Below, in pieces: positions 59,635 to 64,000 of a DNA stretch of 64,000 nt. The notes under the pieces are model-generated. The model was not told the origin of the DNA. It saw only the letters and a list, made by a program, of their open reading frames with translations, and searched no databases. Position numbers and translations under genes: made by a program. Within the stretch, counting starts at the first letter, position 1; every line of letters starts with the position of its first letter. Source of the stretch: Armatimonadota bacterium (GTDB lineage Bacteria > Armatimonadota > UBA5829 > DSUL01); NCBI GenBank assembly GCA_039811685.1, contig JBDHZC010000001.1, positions 224,001-288,000 on the forward strand, read 5' to 3'.

Positions 59635-61256
59635 ACTCCAAGCGCGCTTCTCCCGAACGTCGCCGTTGCTAAGATAACGCTCACCACCCGTAAGCTCTCT
59701 TCTTGCCGTGTGGTTGATGCGCTGAAAGATACGTAGCGGTGCTGCCGACAGGGACGCACCTCCTTTTTGCCCCCTTCTGCGATCTCTTAAAGAGCCATTC
59801 ACCGCCAATCAAAATACCGTCAAGGTCTTCTGCCGCACGATTGGTCTGATTTTGATCTTGACAACCTGCGAATGGGCTGTGTTATCATCAACCTGCTGGC
59901 TGTGCGTATTGCCGGGTTACACGAACAAATACCAGGCTTTCCCGTGAAAGAGGAGTAGTTAGCGCAGCCGTATGTGTCCTTGGAGTTCGGAGGGTGAAGG
60001 TGCGAAATAGTGGTTGCTCTCTCGTTAACGGGGCGTTGTACCAGAGTGCAGGGACGGTTGGAATACGCGCTTTGCGCATTTTATCCTTCCTGCTTATCGG
60101 GTTTGCGCTTGTTGCGCCAGTCGTCGCTGATGAGGTTGTCATTGGCACAGGCACGTCGTTCTGGGGGTTGCCTCTATCGACGTCCTATCACGATGCTCGC
60201 ACGCAAGTTATCTATCTGGCTTCAGAGGTCGGCGCCGCCGGCAGAATAGGCGGCCTGGCGCTGGATGTTATGACCAAGCCGGGAGAGGCGCTGGGCAACT
60301 TCACGATCCGTATGAAGCAGACGCCGCTCTCCAGTTACTCTCCTGGCGTCTGGGAGTCCACAGGCTGGACAGTGTGTTACCAGACTACCACCAGTATCTC
60401 GACGACCGGGTGGGTGAACTTCGAGTTTACGACTCCGTTTGTCTACGACGGCGTCTCGAACCTGATGGTGGACTTCTCCTTCAACAACAGCAGTTGGAGT
60501 TCTGACGGCTATTGCCGGTATTCTGCGACCTCTGCGGATCGGACTCTTTACTACCGGACCAACAGCTCTTATGGTGACCCTCTAACCTGGTCTGGTTCCT
60601 CGAATCCCACCCCGAGTCGGATATCCGGGATACCCAACGTCAAGTTGAGCATAGGGCCCCCAGCGCAGCGCCCGGTTTTCAATCCTCCGGGCGGCGCATA
60701 CTCTGCACCGCAAATTGTGACGATAACCTGCGACACTGCAGGCGCCGTGATTCACTATACACTGAATGGAATGGACCCAACGGAGTCAGACCCCGTGGTC
60801 GCGAACGGTGGCACTGTTAGCGTCCCTGTATCTCCTCCTACGACTTTGAAGGCTCGAGCCTGGGCTGCTGGATTTGTTCCGAGTCCGGTGACATCGGCGC
60901 TATACAGGCTTCCGGGGATAGTCCATGTATCACCAAGCGGTAATGACTCCAAAGACGGGTTATCCTGGGCGAAAGCAAAGAAGACAGTTACTGCCGGGCT
61001 CGGCGCTGCTTACGCAGGCGAAGAAGTCTGGGTGGCTGGCAATGCGTCCCATCCCTATGCGGAGCGCATTACGCTCAAGGGTGGTGTGGGCTTGTATGGT
61101 GGGTTTGCTGGAACTGAAACCAGCCGTAATCAGAGGAACTGGCAGGCCAACGTTACTATTCTGGATGGAAGCGGAACAGGTGATGTTGTGGAGGCACCGT
61201 CTGGTGTTACCTCCACAGCCGTGGTCGATGGGTTCACAGTGAGAAATGGCTACTTT

Positions 61257-61868
61257 GGTATCTCCTGCTACTCCTCCTCTCTGACGATTGCGAACAACAC
61301 CATTACGAACAACATCGAGAAAGGGGCAAGCCCTGACGGACCCGAGCAAGGAGGTTATGGTATTTACTGCTACTCGTCCTCTCCGACGATCATGAACAAC
61401 ACGATCTCTAGGAACGATAAGCATGGCATCTACTGCAGCGGCTCCTCTCCGACGATCGCATACAACACCATCTCGGAGAACAGTTCTTCTGGCATCGACT
61501 GCTCCTTCTCCTCGTCTCCGACTATTACGAACAACACGATCTTCGAGAGCAACTATGGCATCAGGTGCTCCTCCTCCTCCTCTCCGACGATTGCGAACAA
61601 TACAATCTCGTGGAACATCGATGATGGTATCTACTGCTCCTCCTCCTCTCCGACGATCGCGAACAACACCATCACGGGAAACGGCTATACAGGTATCTCC
61701 TGCTACTCCTCCTCCTCTCCGACGATTGCGAACAACACGATCTTCGAGAGCAACTATGGCATCAGGTGCTCCTCCTCCTCTGCGGTAATTACGAACAACA
61801 CAATTTCCGGCAACCGCGAGGTTGGTATCTCCTGCTCCTCCTCCACCCCGACGATCACGAACAACATT
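61257..61868 (+). repeat. Nine tandem beta-helix coil repeats, mostly 66-69 bp (GIxCxSSSPTIxNNTI)
   Basis: Visible directly, including (TCC)n tracts; 61528-61579 and 61729-61780 are identical over 52 bp. Confidence 0.9.
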
Positions 61869-62599
61869 GTTGCTTTTAACGCGAAGGGCCTTGACAACAG
61901 CAGCGGTATCCCGGTCCTCAACAACAACTGTGTTTTCAATCCGGGTGGGGTAAACTACGACGGCCTGAACGCTGGGGCGGGAGATATAAATGTTGATCCG
62001 AAGCTACAGTCGGCTCAAACTGGTAAACTTCACATTCAGCCAGACTCTCCCTGCGTAGATGCAGGACTGGACAGCGCCGTGCAGCCGGATTGGAAGGATA
62101 TGGACGGTCAGGCGCGCATACAGGGCGCGCATGTGGATATTGGGGCAGATGAGTCCGATGGGACCGTGTGGCCAGAGTATCAGCCTGTAATAGTTCGCGT
62201 CAGTCCTTCTGGGGTAGATGACGCTGCGCATGATGGCAGCAACTGGGCGCTTGCCAAGCGGACAGTTCAGGCGGGTGTGGAGGCGGCTTCCGTGGCAGGT
62301 GGGGAGGTCTGGGTTGCCGCCGGAACTTATTCTGAGCATGTGGTGATGCGAGCTTCCGTCTCTTTGTATGGCGGTTTTGCAGGGACAGAGACTTCGCGTG
62401 ATGAGCGCGACTGGACTGCTAACAGGACCATATTGGACGGTAGTGGCACAGGCTACGTGGTAAGAGGGTTTTCTCCCGGATACTTTACAAACGTGCTAGA
62501 TGGGTTTACGGTGAGGAACGGCAGCGGGGGTATCTACTGCTCCTCCTCTTCTCCTGCCATTGCCAACATGGACTGTCAACGGTTGTACGCACAATTTGT

Positions 62600-63457
62600 T
62601 TAGTTAGTCTTTCGTTCGAACTCCAAGGGGCTCAAGTAGCCCAGGCTTGAGTGCAAGCGAACCCTGTTGTAGAACACCTCGATGTAGTCGAAGATGTCTC
62701 GCCTGGCCTCGTCGCGGGTTTCGTAACGCCGATTGTGAATCAGCTCGACCTTCAAGGTGGCAAAGAAGCTCTCGGCGCACGCATTGTCCCAGCAGTTGCC
62801 TTTGCGGCTCATGCTGCAGACAAAGCCTCTGGAGCACAGCAGCTCCTGGTAGGCCATGCTCGCATACTGGCTGCCCCGATCCGAGTGTGCCACCAGGCCA
62901 TGCGCCTCGCCCCGGCGTGCAGTCGCCATCTCGAGCGCCCGCACCGCCAGGTCTGCCTCCAGGCTCTCACCCATCGACCACCCCACCACCATCCTCGAGT
63001 GCAAATCCAGCACCGCCGCCAGATACAGCCACCCTTCCGCTGTGGGCACATAGGTGATGTCTGTTGCCCATACCCGGTTAGGCTCATCTACATCGAAGCT
63101 CCGCTCCAGAACGTTAGCGGCCACAGGAAGGCTGTGGCGGGAGTTGGTTGTCGAGACGAGGCGCTTCTTCTTCAGTCCTTGAAGACGCGTCTTGCGCATC
63201 AGGCGCATCACACGCCTCTGGCCTACCGTCTCTCCTGCGGCCACCAGGCTCCTGTGCACTCTGCGCACCCCGTAGGTCTTCCGACTCTTTGCGTGCACCT
63301 GGCGTATGCGCTCCGCCAGTCGCTCGTCTTCCTGCGATCTGTGGCTTCTCGGGCGCACCAGCCAAGCACAGAAGCCGCTCCGGGACACTCGCAGAACCCG
63401 GCACATCGCCGCCACCGGATACTCCGCGGCATGCGATTTGATGAAGGCGTACCTCAA
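62600..63457 (-). CDS. IS3 transposase OrfB (DDE integrase core)
   Basis: WATDITY, HSDRGSQY, DNACAESFF and YNRVRLHSSLGY. Confidence 0.96.
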   Translation of the reverse strand: MRYAFIKSHAAEYPVAAMCRVLRVSRSGFCAWLVRPRSHRSQEDERLAERIRQVHAKSRKTYGVRRVHRSLVAAGETVGQRRVMRLMRKTRLQGLKKKRLVSTTNSRHSLPVAANVLERSFDVDEPNRVWATDITYVPTAEGWLYLAAVLDLHSRMVVGWSMGESLEADLAVRALEMATARRGEAHGLVAHSDRGSQYASMAYQELLCSRGFVCSMSRKGNCWDNACAESFFATLKVELIHNRRYETRDEARRDIFDYIEVFYNRVRLHSSLGYLSPLEFERKTN

Positions 63458-63738
63458 AGCTGGTCTTTCGCGAAGTACGCCGCCGCTTTTTTTAGGATGT
63501 CGCGCTCCATCTCCAGGCGCTTCACATCCCTGCGCAGGCGCGCGAGCTCCGCCTTCTCGTCCGCTGAGAGCGCAGCTCCTCCAGATGCCGATCCCTTACG
63601 TTGCTGGATCCATCGATACAGCACCGTCTCACAGATCCCCAAGTCTCTTGCGATCTTAGCCTTCGGGACATCTCCTTGCTCAGCTAGCCGCACGGCCTCC
63701 GCCTTGAACTCGTCTGTGTACTGTCGTCTTGTGGACAT
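63454..63738 (-). CDS. IS3 transposase OrfA (HTH)
   Basis: RRQYTDEFKAEAV...IARDLGI...LYRW...ERDILKKA; GAGGAG RBS; A7G slippery site at 63493-63486. Confidence 0.95.
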   Translation of the reverse strand: MSTRRQYTDEFKAEAVRLAEQGDVPKAKIARDLGICETVLYRWIQQRKGSASGGAALSADEKAELARLRRDVKRLEMERDILKKAAAYFAKDQL

Positions 63739-64000
63739 AATCACTCCTCAAGCAGAATCATACCTGCTTAGCCATATGTCCGTACAAGCGTACACGGTCC
63801 AACAACACCATCTCGGGGAACAACTATGGTGTCTACTGCTCCTCCTCCTCCTCCCCGACGATCGCAAACAACACCATCTCGGAGAACAGTTCTTCTGGCA
63901 TCGACTGCTCCTTCTCCTCCTCTCCGACCATCACCAACAACACCATCACCGGAAACAATACAGCTGGTATCGACTGCTCCTTCTCCTCCTCTCCGACCAT

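Larger units (their letters stand above)
62569..63801 (-). mobile_element. IS3-family insertion sequence, 1233 bp
   Basis: TG...CA ends; 25-bp imperfect inverted repeats (TGGACTGTCAACGGTTGTACGCACA and TGGACCGTGTACGCTTGTACGGACA, 5 mismatches); 3-bp target duplication ACA at 62566-62568 and 63802-63804. Confidence 0.96.
59994..64000 (+). pseudogene. Large secreted parallel beta-helix protein, interrupted by an IS; continues past the window end
   Basis: Signal peptide, Fn3-associated-like domain (PVFNPPGG...IHYTLNG.DPT), beta-helix modules and D.DG..R....VDIGA.E. The frame resumes after the IS once the 3-bp duplication is removed. Confidence 0.88.

Noticed and set aside
61257..64000. CRISPR array or DGR template/variable repeats
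   Set aside because: The repeats are in-frame coding units without unique spacers, mismatches are not adenine-specific, and no cas or reverse transcriptase gene is in the window.

Overview
64 kb of a GC-rich bacterial chromosome. The PEP-CTERM and TIGR03790-like genes, an orphan prepilin-type gene and a Gram-positive-type LexA box suggest Armatimonadota or a related Terrabacteria lineage (inference). Contents in order: (1) a sugar-phosphate operon with a GlmU-like nucleotidyltransferase, a class II aldolase and a SorE-like/SrlD-like dehydrogenase fusion; (2) an MFS transporter, cysC and an M29 aminopeptidase; (3) a ~13.6 kb respiratory operon interleaving alternative complex III (actF, actA, actB, actC, actD; no actE) with an A2-type heme-copper oxidase, SCO, ctaB and a polytopic membrane protein whose cytochrome c domain duplicates that of CoxB, preceded by a Rex/CRP-type palindrome; (4) sufBCDSU; (5) a GH88/oxidoreductase/kdgK/eda uronate catabolic cluster; (6) der-plsY, a cystathionine lyase/synthase, a fetAB-like ABC pair and surE; (7) a ~184-nt structured leader, two paralogous PEP-CTERM genes and a TIGR03790-like gene; (8) a LexA-boxed imuB-like/DUF6504-like/dnaE2 cassette lacking imuA; (9) several hydrolase and envelope genes; (10) a large secreted beta-helix protein with shuffled coil repeats, interrupted by an intact 1233-bp IS3-family element. 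No rRNA, tRNA or CRISPR array was seen. All family assignments come from motif recognition by eye, not database searches.
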